Below, piece after piece: positions 21,060 through 30,802 of a stretch of DNA of 64,000 bases. The notes below the pieces were generated by a model that worked only from the letters and a program-made list of their open reading frames with translations, searched no databases and had not been told where the DNA came from. The stretch lies in the IMG/VR virus record IMGVR_UViG_3300045988_060960. One strand, given 5' to 3'. This DNA is from a virus. Every line of letters starts with the position of its first letter. Within the stretch, counting starts at the first letter, position 1. Position numbers and translations under genes: made by a program.

Positions 21060-22446
21060 ACCTCTCCGCTACCTTTTCGATTAGGGCAGTCATAAGACCT
21101 ACGTGCTTGTTGTGCTTGAAGCCGCCGGGGTACTCGATGTTCAGCTCCTTTTCCAGATAAGTCTCATAGACTTCGTCGGGAAGCTGCTTGGGCTTCATGC
21201 AGGCGCAGTAGATATACCCAGCATTGCAGGCCAGAACGCCGACCTCATCGAAATAGTTTTCGAGGAGCGCAACATAGCTCTCACGGGTGTGGAACTTCTG
21301 CTTAAACACGATGCCGTTGGTGACGCCAAGCGTGTAGTTCTTGTCATCAAGATACCACAGGCAGTCACCCGCTCCGGCGGACAGCTTGGTTTTGTCGTAT
21401 GCCTTCTCAACATACGCAAGGTTTCTGGTGCAGGTAATCAGAACGCCGCTGGCTTTCAGAACGGCATTACAGGCGGTGAGAACCGCCTTCTCGAACTCAT
21501 CGTCCACGACAGAGTTGATTACGGCTTCCAGAACGCAGTAATCGAACAATCCGTCTGTGCGGACGTGCCGCTCGGCGCTCAGAATGTTGGCGATGATGCC
21601 CTTCATGTCCAGCTTGTTCGCGCCCTTCACCATAAGGGACGGCTCATACGCATGAATGTCGTAGCCCTTGGATTTCAGCAGCTTCACATAGGCCATGCGC
21701 CCCGCCCCGATGTCGATGATACTGTCCGACCGCTGCAAGCGTGGAATCAGGTACTTCTCATACAGGACAGAAGAATTGGACTGCCGGCCATCCGTACTCA
21801 GGCGCTTGGGCTGCGCAAGGAACTGGTGGTAGGTCTGAACACCGAGATTGTCGAAGTTGTACTTGCCGTACTCGACGCCCATACATTCGAGGAACTCGGC
21901 AACATCCTCGTTTTGGATGGCGTAGCACAGAACGCCGTAGCCCAGCTTCTTGGAGCAGTAGGCATACTCGGAGTTGAGGATGACATTGCCATCCCCATCC
22001 GTAACAACACTGCCCCACTCGCCGTAGCGGGACATCAGCTTGGTGATCTCCGAGCACACGAGAACATTCTGCGGCTCGCTCTCGATCTTGATTTTGTCCG
22101 AGGGGCAATAGTGGTAGCCGCCCACCGTGAACTCCTCGATGCGAACCGTGGTTTTGCTGGTCTCAATCGAGTTGTGCATCAGGTTGAACAGAATCTCGTC
22201 CTGAAGATTGGGGCTTTTGATTCTGATACAAGGCAGGTACTCCAAGCCGATGGCAGTGGCCGCCTTCTTTCTCTGGTGGCCGGCGGTGATGACATTGTTG
22301 GTGGAGTTGACAATCAGGGGCTTAACCATGCCAAACCGACGGATGCTGTGCTGAAGGGCTTCCAGCGCCTCTGGCGTGATGGAGCGGGGGTTGTACTCTG
22401 ATCCGGTTACTTCGTCGATCGGAACCTTCTCCACGAAATCAATCAC
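21052..22446 (-). CDS. ParB-like N-terminal domain fused to class I SAM-dependent methyltransferase; mirror copy
   Basis: Exact mirror of 35037..36431(+). Confidence 0.75.
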   Translation of the reverse strand: MIDFVEKVPIDEVTGSEYNPRSITPEALEALQHSIRRFGMVKPLIVNSTNNVITAGHQRKKAATAIGLEYLPCIRIKSPNLQDEILFNLMHNSIETSKTTVRIEEFTVGGYHYCPSDKIKIESEPQNVLVCSEITKLMSRYGEWGSVVTDGDGNVILNSEYAYCSKKLGYGVLCYAIQNEDVAEFLECMGVEYGKYNFDNLGVQTYHQFLAQPKRLSTDGRQSNSSVLYEKYLIPRLQRSDSIIDIGAGRMAYVKLLKSKGYDIHAYEPSLMVKGANKLDMKGIIANILSAERHVRTDGLFDYCVLEAVINSVVDDEFEKAVLTACNAVLKASGVLITCTRNLAYVEKAYDKTKLSAGAGDCLWYLDDKNYTLGVTNGIVFKQKFHTRESYVALLENYFDEVGVLACNAGYIYCACMKPKQLPDEVYETYLEKELNIEYPGGFKHNKHVGLMTALIEKVAERYG

Positions 22447-23296
22447 GGTTTTCAACCCCCTTCAGAAGATAATTCGCAAAGCTCTCCGCCAGAATTGCGC
22501 CAGAGTCGATGTACTCCTTGTACTTCTCGTTCAGCCGGTCCATCTCCACCTGGGAGATGAAGAACGACACATCGCCGAACCGGAACTGACAGAACGGAAG
22601 AGCTGCTTTGGATTCCTTTTTCTGAGGCTCGTCATCGGCTTCGGGGGCCTCATAGGACGCTGCGTTTTCGGCTGCGGGAACGGAAGCGGCGGGCACATCA
22701 GGCTGGGACGCCAGCGTGGGATAGGAAACCTCCGGCGTCGGGGCCGTATCAACTTCATCATACCCGCCCGCAACTGCATCATTTTCTGCGTTGATGATGG
22801 AATTGCTGTCAACGGTGTGGACGGTGGGCTTCTTGGCCTTGGGCTTGTCGTTTACGCCCATGAAGTTGAAAGCCGGAATCTTGATCTCAGCCTGCTCCGG
22901 CTCGATGTCAAACACCTCGGTGCTCAGCTCGAAGCGATCCAACAGCAGCTGGTTCTTGTCAAGCGTGAGGTCAACGAGGGACAGTTCTTCTTTCAGCTTC
23001 TCAAAGTCCCAGTCGCTGTACTCGCTGGTTTTGTTGTCAACCAGTCGGAACAGATTGATCTGCTCCTCAGACAGCTCATCTGCGACGATGCAGGGAACAG
23101 TCTGGATTCCCATTTCACGGCAGGCCCGCACACGGGTGTGACCGCACACGATTGTGTAATTCATGTCGATAACAACCGGGAACAAGAAGCCGAACCGCTC
23201 GATGCTGTATTTCACCTTCTCTACGGCAAGGTCGTTGTTTCGCGGGTTGTTCTCATATTCCCGCAGACGGGATACGGAAACTTCTCTGATGTTCAT
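22439..23296 (-). CDS. ParB-like N-terminal domain protein 2; mirror copy
   Basis: Exact mirror of 34187..35044(+); identical 285-aa ORF. Confidence 0.75.
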   Translation of the reverse strand: MNIREVSVSRLREYENNPRNNDLAVEKVKYSIERFGFLFPVVIDMNYTIVCGHTRVRACREMGIQTVPCIVADELSEEQINLFRLVDNKTSEYSDWDFEKLKEELSLVDLTLDKNQLLLDRFELSTEVFDIEPEQAEIKIPAFNFMGVNDKPKAKKPTVHTVDSNSIINAENDAVAGGYDEVDTAPTPEVSYPTLASQPDVPAASVPAAENAASYEAPEADDEPQKKESKAALPFCQFRFGDVSFFISQVEMDRLNEKYKEYIDSGAILAESFANYLLKGVENRD

Positions 23297-23820
23297 TCTG
23301 CATTACCTCCCGTCAGATACAGGACAAAACCAAGGTAGGTCTTGTTCTTTTCGATATACGCGTCGTATACGGCCTTCAGGCGGGCGTATTCTTCTTCGGA
23401 CAGCGGAAGTTCTGTGCTGCCGAAAATGAGGCATTTGTGCTCAGTGAAGAACTTTCTGTCCCTGTTCGGCGTGAAGAAGGTGGTCTTGAAATCCATGCCG
23501 ATGCCGCTCAGCTCTTTGTGCAGCTTACCGACATCCCACGTGGAATACTCGTGGCTCTTGTTGTCGATGATCCGGGCCAACTTGGCATCTTCCTCAGACA
23601 TTTCCTGAACAATGCAGGGAACCTCGGTCATTCCAAGCCGTTTCGCGGCCTTCAATCTGGTGTGGCCGGAGATGATGACATTATTCGCGTCGATAGTGAT
23701 AGGGTTGAGGAATCCGAACTCGCGGATGCTTTCTGCAACCTTCGCGACACCGCCATCATTCCGGCGGGCATTTCCCTCGTATTCAACGAGTTCATCTACC
23801 CGCTTGTAAACAATTTCCAT
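23293..23820 (-). CDS. ParB-like N-terminal domain protein 1; mirror copy
   Basis: Exact mirror of 33663..34190(+); identical 175-aa ORF. Confidence 0.75.
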   Translation of the reverse strand: MEIVYKRVDELVEYEGNARRNDGGVAKVAESIREFGFLNPITIDANNVIISGHTRLKAAKRLGMTEVPCIVQEMSEEDAKLARIIDNKSHEYSTWDVGKLHKELSGIGMDFKTTFFTPNRDRKFFTEHKCLIFGSTELPLSEEEYARLKAVYDAYIEKNKTYLGFVLYLTGGNAE

Positions 23821-23846
23821 GTCGTGTCCTCCTTGTGTGTGAGCAT

Positions 23847-23880
23847 AAAAAATGGGAGCCTTTCAGAACGGAAGGCTCCC
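23847..23880 (-). terminator. Rho-independent terminator; mirror copy
   Basis: Exact mirror of 33603..33636(+). Confidence 0.7.
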
Positions 23881-23905
23881 AAATTTATCAGGTATTCAGT
23901 TTCCG

Positions 23906-24700
23906 TTAAAACAGGCCCCACTCAGCGAACTTTTCAAAACCGCCGCAGTTCTTGATAAACTCTCTGGCGATCTCAACGATTTCGCTGTAAGGCTTCCCGT
24001 CAACCTCGTCGTCGCCGATGGCGCAGAACAGCTTGACCGGCTTGCCGGTATGCTGCGCTTTGAGGAAAGCGTAAATATTGACGGACACATCCGCCTTGGA
24101 CAGGTCCTTTCCGTGCAGCCCGCCGCCCGTGACAGAATCAGCCATGTCAGAGCCGAGCTTTCGGTTAGTTGCTCCGGTATCAACATCCGTTCCGCCAGTC
24201 CAGTCGCCGAGCGGGTTGATCTCGGCGGTGGGGTACATCTTTTCGAGGTCTGCCTTCGCAGCGTTGCTCTGGCAGATAATGAGCTGATCTTCGCTCTTGA
24301 TATACTTGCCGTCAAACGGATAGGCTGCATAGATGTCGTGGGCAATCGCGGAGAGCGTCTTCTGCTCCTCCGTGAGCGGCATCCCTTTGAAGATACCGTT
24401 GTCGCCGCAGTGAACACCCCGCTCCTGATTTCCTGCGAGGTGTACATCCTGCGGGACGATAACGAGGTCGATCTGCACGAAGCCAGCGATGCGGCGGATC
24501 GCGTTGTGGATTGCAACGACAACTTCGGGCATAAGAAGCGGCGCCGAAGTCTCGACAACCGCATGGCATACGCCGTGGCCCACCAGAACCTCAACCGCGA
24601 TTTTGGGGTCGGGCTGTACCTGATAGGCAATGTCTACGATCGCGCCGGCAATCCGGTCTGCGATTTTGTCCGGGTGGGACGGATTTACTTTCTCAATCAT
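23906..24700 (-). CDS. Compact S-adenosylmethionine synthetase (MetK/MAT) homologue; mirror copy
   Basis: Exact mirror of 32783..33577(+); identical 264-aa ORF. Confidence 0.75.
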   Translation of the reverse strand: MIEKVNPSHPDKIADRIAGAIVDIAYQVQPDPKIAVEVLVGHGVCHAVVETSAPLLMPEVVVAIHNAIRRIAGFVQIDLVIVPQDVHLAGNQERGVHCGDNGIFKGMPLTEEQKTLSAIAHDIYAAYPFDGKYIKSEDQLIICQSNAAKADLEKMYPTAEINPLGDWTGGTDVDTGATNRKLGSDMADSVTGGGLHGKDLSKADVSVNIYAFLKAQHTGKPVKLFCAIGDDEVDGKPYSEIVEIAREFIKNCGGFEKFAEWGLF

Positions 24701-24704
24701 GGTC

Positions 24705-25541
24705 TCAGTTCCTTTGCTTTATTTTTTCGTTCCCGTTGAGAGGCGGCCCGAGGAGGTCGCAATCCACGTCAGGAGCGGGCTGAACATAGCCGTAGTGGTT
24801 TGCATAACAGTAGGCGCAGCCGTTGCTGCAAGTGCTGTACGCACCGATATCGACGCTCTCAACGCATTGGCAAAGGCCGCGCTGGTTGCGGTCCTTTGGC
24901 TTGTCAACGCCAAACATTTTTCCATCGACGCAGCAAGAATGGGGTATTCCCAAATCCTCTGCGCAGGAACTTAAAACGATCCCGTGCTGCCGTGCAATCT
25001 CGAAAAGTTCCTGCGCAAATTCGCGCTGCTGCTCCGGCGACAAGGGCTGTATTTTGAGCGGTCGGAGGTCTACGCTTCGGTAGGAATCGACGAAGCTCAT
25101 CACCGCCTTATACGTGTGGCCTTCGAGCGCCTCCGCGATTTTGGTAAAAGCCCTGACGTGATAATCCCAGGTGTATTTCTCATTCAGAAAGACGGGATCG
25201 TAACGCCAGATGGCCTTATCCGCCCCGATCTTTTTGAACGCCGGAATAACAATCTCGTTCTTATCGGGAATATTCCGCTCCACATCCCGGCCATACGGGG
25301 TGATGGTGTACTGGAAATAATATTTGAACGCATCCAGCTCGTGAATTCTATCGAGCATGGGGGCTGCGTTTTTGGTCCAAAAAACAAACCCATCTACTTT
25401 GTCGGGCGTGAGGGATACACGCCCGACTTGTAGAGGGTTGTATGGGTTTCTAAGGAGGACAAATCCCTTACCCACGCGGTTGTAAAACCACTCGGAGAAC
25501 AAAGCCGGGATGTCCGTCCGTCTACTTGCGCTCACGATCAT
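24705..25541 (-). CDS. DUF1848-type protein with C-terminal Cys cluster (putative Fe-S enzyme); mirror copy
   Basis: Exact mirror of 31942..32778(+). Confidence 0.6.
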   Translation of the reverse strand: MIVSASRRTDIPALFSEWFYNRVGKGFVLLRNPYNPLQVGRVSLTPDKVDGFVFWTKNAAPMLDRIHELDAFKYYFQYTITPYGRDVERNIPDKNEIVIPAFKKIGADKAIWRYDPVFLNEKYTWDYHVRAFTKIAEALEGHTYKAVMSFVDSYRSVDLRPLKIQPLSPEQQREFAQELFEIARQHGIVLSSCAEDLGIPHSCCVDGKMFGVDKPKDRNQRGLCQCVESVDIGAYSTCSNGCAYCYANHYGYVQPAPDVDCDLLGPPLNGNEKIKQRN

Positions 25542-26008
25542 AATGGCATCCCATCCTTCAAGTAATTCGCAAATATCCAGTTTCGGCAGGTCCGCTGAGA
25601 CTTTGTATAAACTCCGGGCGGATTCGGAACATAGTCCCAGAAGTGAATTCTGCGGGCGTTTGTGATGTCGAGCTTGATTCTGTCGTTTTCGATGTGAACT
25701 TCCGAATTGCTGTCCGGCACAAACGCGACGTGCGTATTCAACTCCCACACAAAACCATCGCTCAGCCCGCAAAGATAATACGCTTTCGCTCGCGGGCTTT
25801 GCCCCACCATGATGTCAACAACGGCCTGCGATTTGTGCAGTGTTCCGTAGTAGACCCGGTTGTCCTTCTCGCCGATAAAACACTTGGCGCAGCATTGCGA
25901 GATGTCAACGTCCCGAATGTCTCGGAGCCAGAAGAAATTGCATTTCTTCCGAATCTCCAATCGCAGGTGCATCGGCGCGTGTGTAACTATGAAATCCGAT
26001 GGTATCAT
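25538..26008 (-). CDS. Hypothetical protein (156 aa); mirror copy
   Basis: Exact mirror of 31475..31945(+). Confidence 0.65.
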   Translation of the reverse strand: MIPSDFIVTHAPMHLRLEIRKKCNFFWLRDIRDVDISQCCAKCFIGEKDNRVYYGTLHKSQAVVDIMVGQSPRAKAYYLCGLSDGFVWELNTHVAFVPDSNSEVHIENDRIKLDITNARRIHFWDYVPNPPGVYTKSQRTCRNWIFANYLKDGMPL

Positions 26009-26032
26009 TATAGCACCCCCTTAAATGACAGG

Positions 26033-26440
26033 TCAATGACAGCTTTGTGACACGACGGAGACCCCTTGAATTTCAGGGTTCTGCGCCATGATCCAGTTCC
26101 CGAACTCGGTCAGGATCACCTCGCAGGGGCAAGAAAGCGCCGGCAAGAACTCCACGCCGGTCTCACTCATCGCACTGCGAACCGCAATGAACTCGCGGTC
26201 ATACCCGCTCACACGAGTTCTGGAAACCTTGGCTCGGTCGCCGTGGTCAGTGAAGCTCTCGAACAATGCGTGAGCGAGCGGATTTCCGGCGCTCAGCGAT
26301 TCACCCACAGTGAGCCGAGCTAAAACAACTTTGTAGCCTCCCGGAACAGTACCGACGAGGGTGTATTCACTGACGTTGCTCACGTAGTTCGGGAGAGGAT
26401 TGCCGCCCTCAAAGGGCTGCGGAATAAAATTCTTAATCAT
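26033..26440 (-). CDS. Hypothetical protein (135 aa); mirror copy
   Basis: Exact mirror of 31043..31450(+). Confidence 0.65.
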   Translation of the reverse strand: MIKNFIPQPFEGGNPLPNYVSNVSEYTLVGTVPGGYKVVLARLTVGESLSAGNPLAHALFESFTDHGDRAKVSRTRVSGYDREFIAVRSAMSETGVEFLPALSCPCEVILTEFGNWIMAQNPEIQGVSVVSQSCH

Positions 26441-26681
26441 CGTTGTCTACAACCTCCACAAAAGTATTTTCATCTTCGCAGTCCAGAGCGAGCATCAGGT
26501 CTGTATAGCTGGCGTTCTGAATTTCGATGGAACGCGAATTGGTGAGATCGCGTACCGTGATTTTCCGAGTGGGATGAAGGGCAGATACGAGATCAACCAG
26601 GTATTTCAAAACGCAGCAAACCAGAACCGTAAAACCGAGCCAGATCCAGAAGCTCGAAAAGATAAACTTAATAAATTCCAT
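26433..26681 (-). CDS. Small membrane protein (82 aa); mirror copy
   Basis: Exact mirror of 30802..31050(+). Confidence 0.55.
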   Translation of the reverse strand: MEFIKFIFSSFWIWLGFTVLVCCVLKYLVDLVSALHPTRKITVRDLTNSRSIEIQNASYTDLMLALDCEDENTFVEVVDNDD

Positions 26682-27223
26682 CACACGTTTCCTCCTCCAA
26701 CTGTTGAATCGTGCCACTGCAAACCGCGCTTTTTGTAAAGCGGAATCCAATGTTCGGCGTAGAAATCATAACCGGCTCCGTCGATTCCGAAGAAGTACCC
26801 CCACTCATCGTGGTGATAAATTCGGAATCCGCAGTCCGACATCGCACGAATGCCATCCTCATTTTCGAGCCAGTAATCATCGCAGGAATCTCCGAAGCTC
26901 CACATCGTTCCCCACATGGGGAGCGGATCATCGTTTGCCAATTCCAGATTATCCGGTTCTACGAGGATGGAAGGTCCTCCATCCAGATCCACACGGTACT
27001 TGTCGATCTCCGCGGAATACGCGACGACCTCGCCGAGATGTTCCAGCGTGTCACAATTTTCGGGCAGATCGAATACGTAAACCCGCCTGCCGGCACTGGG
27101 AAACGTCAGCTCCTCCCACTCCTCGCACTTAGACTGCATGAGCCGCTCAATCATACCCTGCGGAATGGCATTGAACTCGCGGACCCATTTTTGAGTGGCG
27201 TCATTTATAGATAAGCCTTTCAT
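26681..27223 (-). CDS. Hypothetical protein (180 aa); mirror copy
   Basis: Exact mirror of 30260..30802(+). Confidence 0.7.
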   Translation of the reverse strand: MKGLSINDATQKWVREFNAIPQGMIERLMQSKCEEWEELTFPSAGRRVYVFDLPENCDTLEHLGEVVAYSAEIDKYRVDLDGGPSILVEPDNLELANDDPLPMWGTMWSFGDSCDDYWLENEDGIRAMSDCGFRIYHHDEWGYFFGIDGAGYDFYAEHWIPLYKKRGLQWHDSTVGGGNV

Positions 27224-27238
27224 GTCCTTTTCACCTCC

Positions 27239-27940
27239 TTACAGTTCATACTCTTTGGGTCGCCCAGCCTTTCCCTTGTACCGAACGCTGGGACGCACCC
27301 ACACAGTTTTGCCGGACTTGTAATGCCGCAAGTGGCCTCTGATATTGACCTCGTGCTCAGGCTTGGTATACTTGCGCTTGGCGCCTTCCGGCTTCGGCAA
27401 ATCCTCCGGCTGGAAATCGCCGAGCGTGTAGATGCGTCGGATGAGGGGCTGCGGTCGCCGTATGTGGCGGCCTTTTTTCTTGGACTTCGCAGGTCGATGC
27501 TCCGTTCGCTGCTCGACCTTGACCACCTCCCGGTAGTGGGTCATAAACAGCATCAGCGCGTGATACTTCTGCGCCTCTTTCCGGCACATATTGTCCGACA
27601 TGACGAGCACATTGAGCAGCTCCAAATCCACCGCAGTCTGACTACCTGCCGGAGCCACCCGGCGGTTTCGGATTTCGGTGGTCTCCGGGTCATAGTCGAA
27701 CGCCACGATGGGCGGGAGGTTCGGCTTCGTTGTGACATACACAACGATCTCCGCGAAGCTGCCCTTGCTCTCGAACGTGAACTCGACCTGCTCCTCGCAA
27801 AGTTCCACAACACCGGATTCCATAGGGGCCAGAAATTTCTCGCGGTCGAGCCAGTTGAAGTTCTCGAAGTACCAATCGAGAACCAGCTGCATACGAGCGT
27901 TGCTCTTAACAATGATGCGATCAGCCGAGTTCCTGTTCAC
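27239..27940 (-). CDS. Hypothetical protein with basic C-terminal tail (233 aa); mirror copy
   Basis: Exact mirror of 29543..30244(+). Confidence 0.7.
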   Translation of the reverse strand: MNRNSADRIIVKSNARMQLVLDWYFENFNWLDREKFLAPMESGVVELCEEQVEFTFESKGSFAEIVVYVTTKPNLPPIVAFDYDPETTEIRNRRVAPAGSQTAVDLELLNVLVMSDNMCRKEAQKYHALMLFMTHYREVVKVEQRTEHRPAKSKKKGRHIRRPQPLIRRIYTLGDFQPEDLPKPEGAKRKYTKPEHEVNIRGHLRHYKSGKTVWVRPSVRYKGKAGRPKEYEL

Positions 27941-27943
27941 AGG

Positions 27944-28561
27944 TCAACCCTCCAATCTGGTGCTCCACCGAGCAGCTTTTTCGCGGATGAACCGCTCAAC
28001 TTCATCCTGGTCCAATCCCAAAGCTGCCGCGCACACAACCACATCGGCGAACTCCTCATTCAAAGCGCGGGACGCCTCACTCGTACTGACCGGGGTGCGG
28101 TTGCGCTTGTCAATAGTTCTGCGCAACTTCAGTGCGGCCTGAGACAATTCAGCGGCTTCCTCTGCCAGCCCTGCCAGAAGCTCACAGCAGCCAAGCAAAG
28201 TGTGTACTTCCGCAAGCTCACGGCCCCAGTCTTCGAGAGCCTTTTCGATACTTACCTCCGGGCGAATTACCTCGCGGATAATCTCTACCCGAAGGCAGCC
28301 CTCGATATCCTCCGATTCGTCGGCATGGTCATAATCAGCGAGCTTAACTTTCAGAGCCAGATCCCGAGACGGGATGAAAGCATCCACAATGGAGGGGATG
28401 CAGCTGAACCCGTTGTCGGTGTTCCAGCAGACTGCGAAGTCCTTCCCGCTTTGCCGCAGAACGTAGCACAGCTCGTTCAGCGAGCGAGGGTTGCTCTTGG
28501 CGAGGAGCGGGTGCTTTGCAAACTCCTCGTCAAGCCAGGTCTTGAATTGCTCAATATTCAT
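27944..28561 (-). CDS. MazG-like NTP pyrophosphohydrolase domain protein; mirror copy
   Basis: Exact mirror of 28922..29539(+). Confidence 0.5.
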   Translation of the reverse strand: MNIEQFKTWLDEEFAKHPLLAKSNPRSLNELCYVLRQSGKDFAVCWNTDNGFSCIPSIVDAFIPSRDLALKVKLADYDHADESEDIEGCLRVEIIREVIRPEVSIEKALEDWGRELAEVHTLLGCCELLAGLAEEAAELSQAALKLRRTIDKRNRTPVSTSEASRALNEEFADVVVCAAALGLDQDEVERFIREKAARWSTRLEG

Positions 28562-28586
28562 CTCATGTCCTCCTTTTTTGGGCAAT

Positions 28587-28615
28587 AGAAAAAGGCCCGC
28601 CGGTTTGGCGGGCCT
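28587..28615 (-). terminator. Rho-independent terminator; mirror copy
   Basis: Exact mirror of 28868..28896(+). Confidence 0.65.
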
Positions 28616-28653
28616 CTCGGTATAGGCAAATTCAGCTATCTATCAAGGTGGAA

Positions 28654-28682
28654 ACTATACCAAAAAGTCTTTTGGACTTCAA
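28654..28682 (-). promoter_or_regulatory. Candidate sigma-A-type promoter; mirror copy
   Basis: Exact mirror of 28801..28829(+). Confidence 0.25.
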
Positions 28683-28800
28683 TGTATCACCGCCTATTCG
28701 CAATCTTTATGTCACAGAACAGCCATTAGTCACACGGGGTATACCCCGTGTGACTAATGGCTGTTCTGTGACATAAAGATTGCGAATAGGCGGTGATACA

Positions 28801-28829
28801 TTGAAGTCCAAAAGACTTTTTGGTATAGT
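28801..28829 (+). promoter_or_regulatory. Candidate sigma-A/sigma-70-type promoter
   Basis: TTGAAG (28801-28806), a 17-nt spacer, then TATAGT (28824-28829). Found by eye only. It lies upstream of the terminator at 28868, so it would produce a short terminated leader or sRNA unless read through. Confidence 0.25.
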
Positions 28830-28867
28830 TTCCACCTTGATAGATAGCTGAATTTGCCTATACCGAG

Positions 28868-28896
28868 AGGCCCGCCAAACCGGCGGGCCTTTTTCT
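28868..28896 (+). terminator. Rho-independent terminator
   Basis: Stem AGGCCCGCC / GGCGGGCCT with loop AAACC, followed by TTTTCT. It lies 26 nt upstream of the ATG at 28922. Confidence 0.65.
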
Positions 28897-28921
28897 ATTG
28901 CCCAAAAAAGGAGGACATGAG

Positions 28922-29539
28922 ATGAATATTGAGCAATTCAAGACCTGGCTTGACGAGGAGTTTGCAAAGCACCCGCTCCTCGCCAAGAGCAACCCTCGCT
29001 CGCTGAACGAGCTGTGCTACGTTCTGCGGCAAAGCGGGAAGGACTTCGCAGTCTGCTGGAACACCGACAACGGGTTCAGCTGCATCCCCTCCATTGTGGA
29101 TGCTTTCATCCCGTCTCGGGATCTGGCTCTGAAAGTTAAGCTCGCTGATTATGACCATGCCGACGAATCGGAGGATATCGAGGGCTGCCTTCGGGTAGAG
29201 ATTATCCGCGAGGTAATTCGCCCGGAGGTAAGTATCGAAAAGGCTCTCGAAGACTGGGGCCGTGAGCTTGCGGAAGTACACACTTTGCTTGGCTGCTGTG
29301 AGCTTCTGGCAGGGCTGGCAGAGGAAGCCGCTGAATTGTCTCAGGCCGCACTGAAGTTGCGCAGAACTATTGACAAGCGCAACCGCACCCCGGTCAGTAC
29401 GAGTGAGGCGTCCCGCGCTTTGAATGAGGAGTTCGCCGATGTGGTTGTGTGCGCGGCAGCTTTGGGATTGGACCAGGATGAAGTTGAGCGGTTCATCCGC
29501 GAAAAAGCTGCTCGGTGGAGCACCAGATTGGAGGGTTGA
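28922..29539 (+). CDS. MazG-like NTP pyrophosphohydrolase domain protein (205 aa)
   Basis: ATG 28922 follows the SD AAGGAGGA by 6 nt. The track ORF starts at TTG 28898, upstream of that SD, which is unlikely to be the true start. The C-terminal ~90 aa shows the all-alpha MazG pattern (LAEEAAELSQAALKLRR ... EEFADVVVCAAALGL). The N-terminal half is unrecognised. Confidence 0.5.
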   Translation: MNIEQFKTWLDEEFAKHPLLAKSNPRSLNELCYVLRQSGKDFAVCWNTDNGFSCIPSIVDAFIPSRDLALKVKLADYDHADESEDIEGCLRVEIIREVIRPEVSIEKALEDWGRELAEVHTLLGCCELLAGLAEEAAELSQAALKLRRTIDKRNRTPVSTSEASRALNEEFADVVVCAAALGLDQDEVERFIREKAARWSTRLEG

Positions 29540-29542
29540 CCT

Positions 29543-30244
29543 GTGAACAGGAACTCGGCTGATCGCATCATTGTTAAGAGCAACGCTCGTATGCAGCTGG
29601 TTCTCGATTGGTACTTCGAGAACTTCAACTGGCTCGACCGCGAGAAATTTCTGGCCCCTATGGAATCCGGTGTTGTGGAACTTTGCGAGGAGCAGGTCGA
29701 GTTCACGTTCGAGAGCAAGGGCAGCTTCGCGGAGATCGTTGTGTATGTCACAACGAAGCCGAACCTCCCGCCCATCGTGGCGTTCGACTATGACCCGGAG
29801 ACCACCGAAATCCGAAACCGCCGGGTGGCTCCGGCAGGTAGTCAGACTGCGGTGGATTTGGAGCTGCTCAATGTGCTCGTCATGTCGGACAATATGTGCC
29901 GGAAAGAGGCGCAGAAGTATCACGCGCTGATGCTGTTTATGACCCACTACCGGGAGGTGGTCAAGGTCGAGCAGCGAACGGAGCATCGACCTGCGAAGTC
30001 CAAGAAAAAAGGCCGCCACATACGGCGACCGCAGCCCCTCATCCGACGCATCTACACGCTCGGCGATTTCCAGCCGGAGGATTTGCCGAAGCCGGAAGGC
30101 GCCAAGCGCAAGTATACCAAGCCTGAGCACGAGGTCAATATCAGAGGCCACTTGCGGCATTACAAGTCCGGCAAAACTGTGTGGGTGCGTCCCAGCGTTC
30201 GGTACAAGGGAAAGGCTGGGCGACCCAAAGAGTATGAACTGTAA
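29543..30244 (+). CDS. Hypothetical protein with strongly basic C-terminal tail (233 aa)
   Basis: GTG start with GGAGGG SD. The C-terminus (KSKKKGRHIRRPQPLIRR ... HLRHYKSGKTVWVRPSVRYKGKAGRPKEYEL) suggests nucleic-acid binding. No family recognised. Confidence 0.7.
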   Translation: MNRNSADRIIVKSNARMQLVLDWYFENFNWLDREKFLAPMESGVVELCEEQVEFTFESKGSFAEIVVYVTTKPNLPPIVAFDYDPETTEIRNRRVAPAGSQTAVDLELLNVLVMSDNMCRKEAQKYHALMLFMTHYREVVKVEQRTEHRPAKSKKKGRHIRRPQPLIRRIYTLGDFQPEDLPKPEGAKRKYTKPEHEVNIRGHLRHYKSGKTVWVRPSVRYKGKAGRPKEYEL

Positions 30245-30259
30245 GGAGGTGAAAAGGAC

Positions 30260-30802
30260 ATGAAAGGCTTATCTATAAATGACGCCACTCAAAAATGGGT
30301 CCGCGAGTTCAATGCCATTCCGCAGGGTATGATTGAGCGGCTCATGCAGTCTAAGTGCGAGGAGTGGGAGGAGCTGACGTTTCCCAGTGCCGGCAGGCGG
30401 GTTTACGTATTCGATCTGCCCGAAAATTGTGACACGCTGGAACATCTCGGCGAGGTCGTCGCGTATTCCGCGGAGATCGACAAGTACCGTGTGGATCTGG
30501 ATGGAGGACCTTCCATCCTCGTAGAACCGGATAATCTGGAATTGGCAAACGATGATCCGCTCCCCATGTGGGGAACGATGTGGAGCTTCGGAGATTCCTG
30601 CGATGATTACTGGCTCGAAAATGAGGATGGCATTCGTGCGATGTCGGACTGCGGATTCCGAATTTATCACCACGATGAGTGGGGGTACTTCTTCGGAATC
30701 GACGGAGCCGGTTATGATTTCTACGCCGAACATTGGATTCCGCTTTACAAAAAGCGCGGTTTGCAGTGGCACGATTCAACAGTTGGAGGAGGAAACGTGT
30801 GA
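30260..30802 (+). CDS. Hypothetical protein (180 aa), acidic, Trp-rich
   Basis: ATG with AAGGAGGTG SD. Conserved-looking C-terminus FFGIDGAGYDFYAEHWIPLYKKRGLQWHD. No family named with confidence. Confidence 0.7.
   Translation: MKGLSINDATQKWVREFNAIPQGMIERLMQSKCEEWEELTFPSAGRRVYVFDLPENCDTLEHLGEVVAYSAEIDKYRVDLDGGPSILVEPDNLELANDDPLPMWGTMWSFGDSCDDYWLENEDGIRAMSDCGFRIYHHDEWGYFFGIDGAGYDFYAEHWIPLYKKRGLQWHDSTVGGGNV

Larger units (their letters stand above)
1..28741. repeat. Left arm of giant perfect inverted repeat (palindrome); reverse complement of 28742..57482
   Basis: Position x pairs with 57483-x. Checked at the apex (ACACGGGGTA|TACCCCGTGT) and at 1-40 versus 57443-57482. All six-frame ORFs also occur as identical mirrored pairs whose coordinates sum to 57483. 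The arm is cut by the window edge, so its true length may be larger. Confidence 0.97.
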
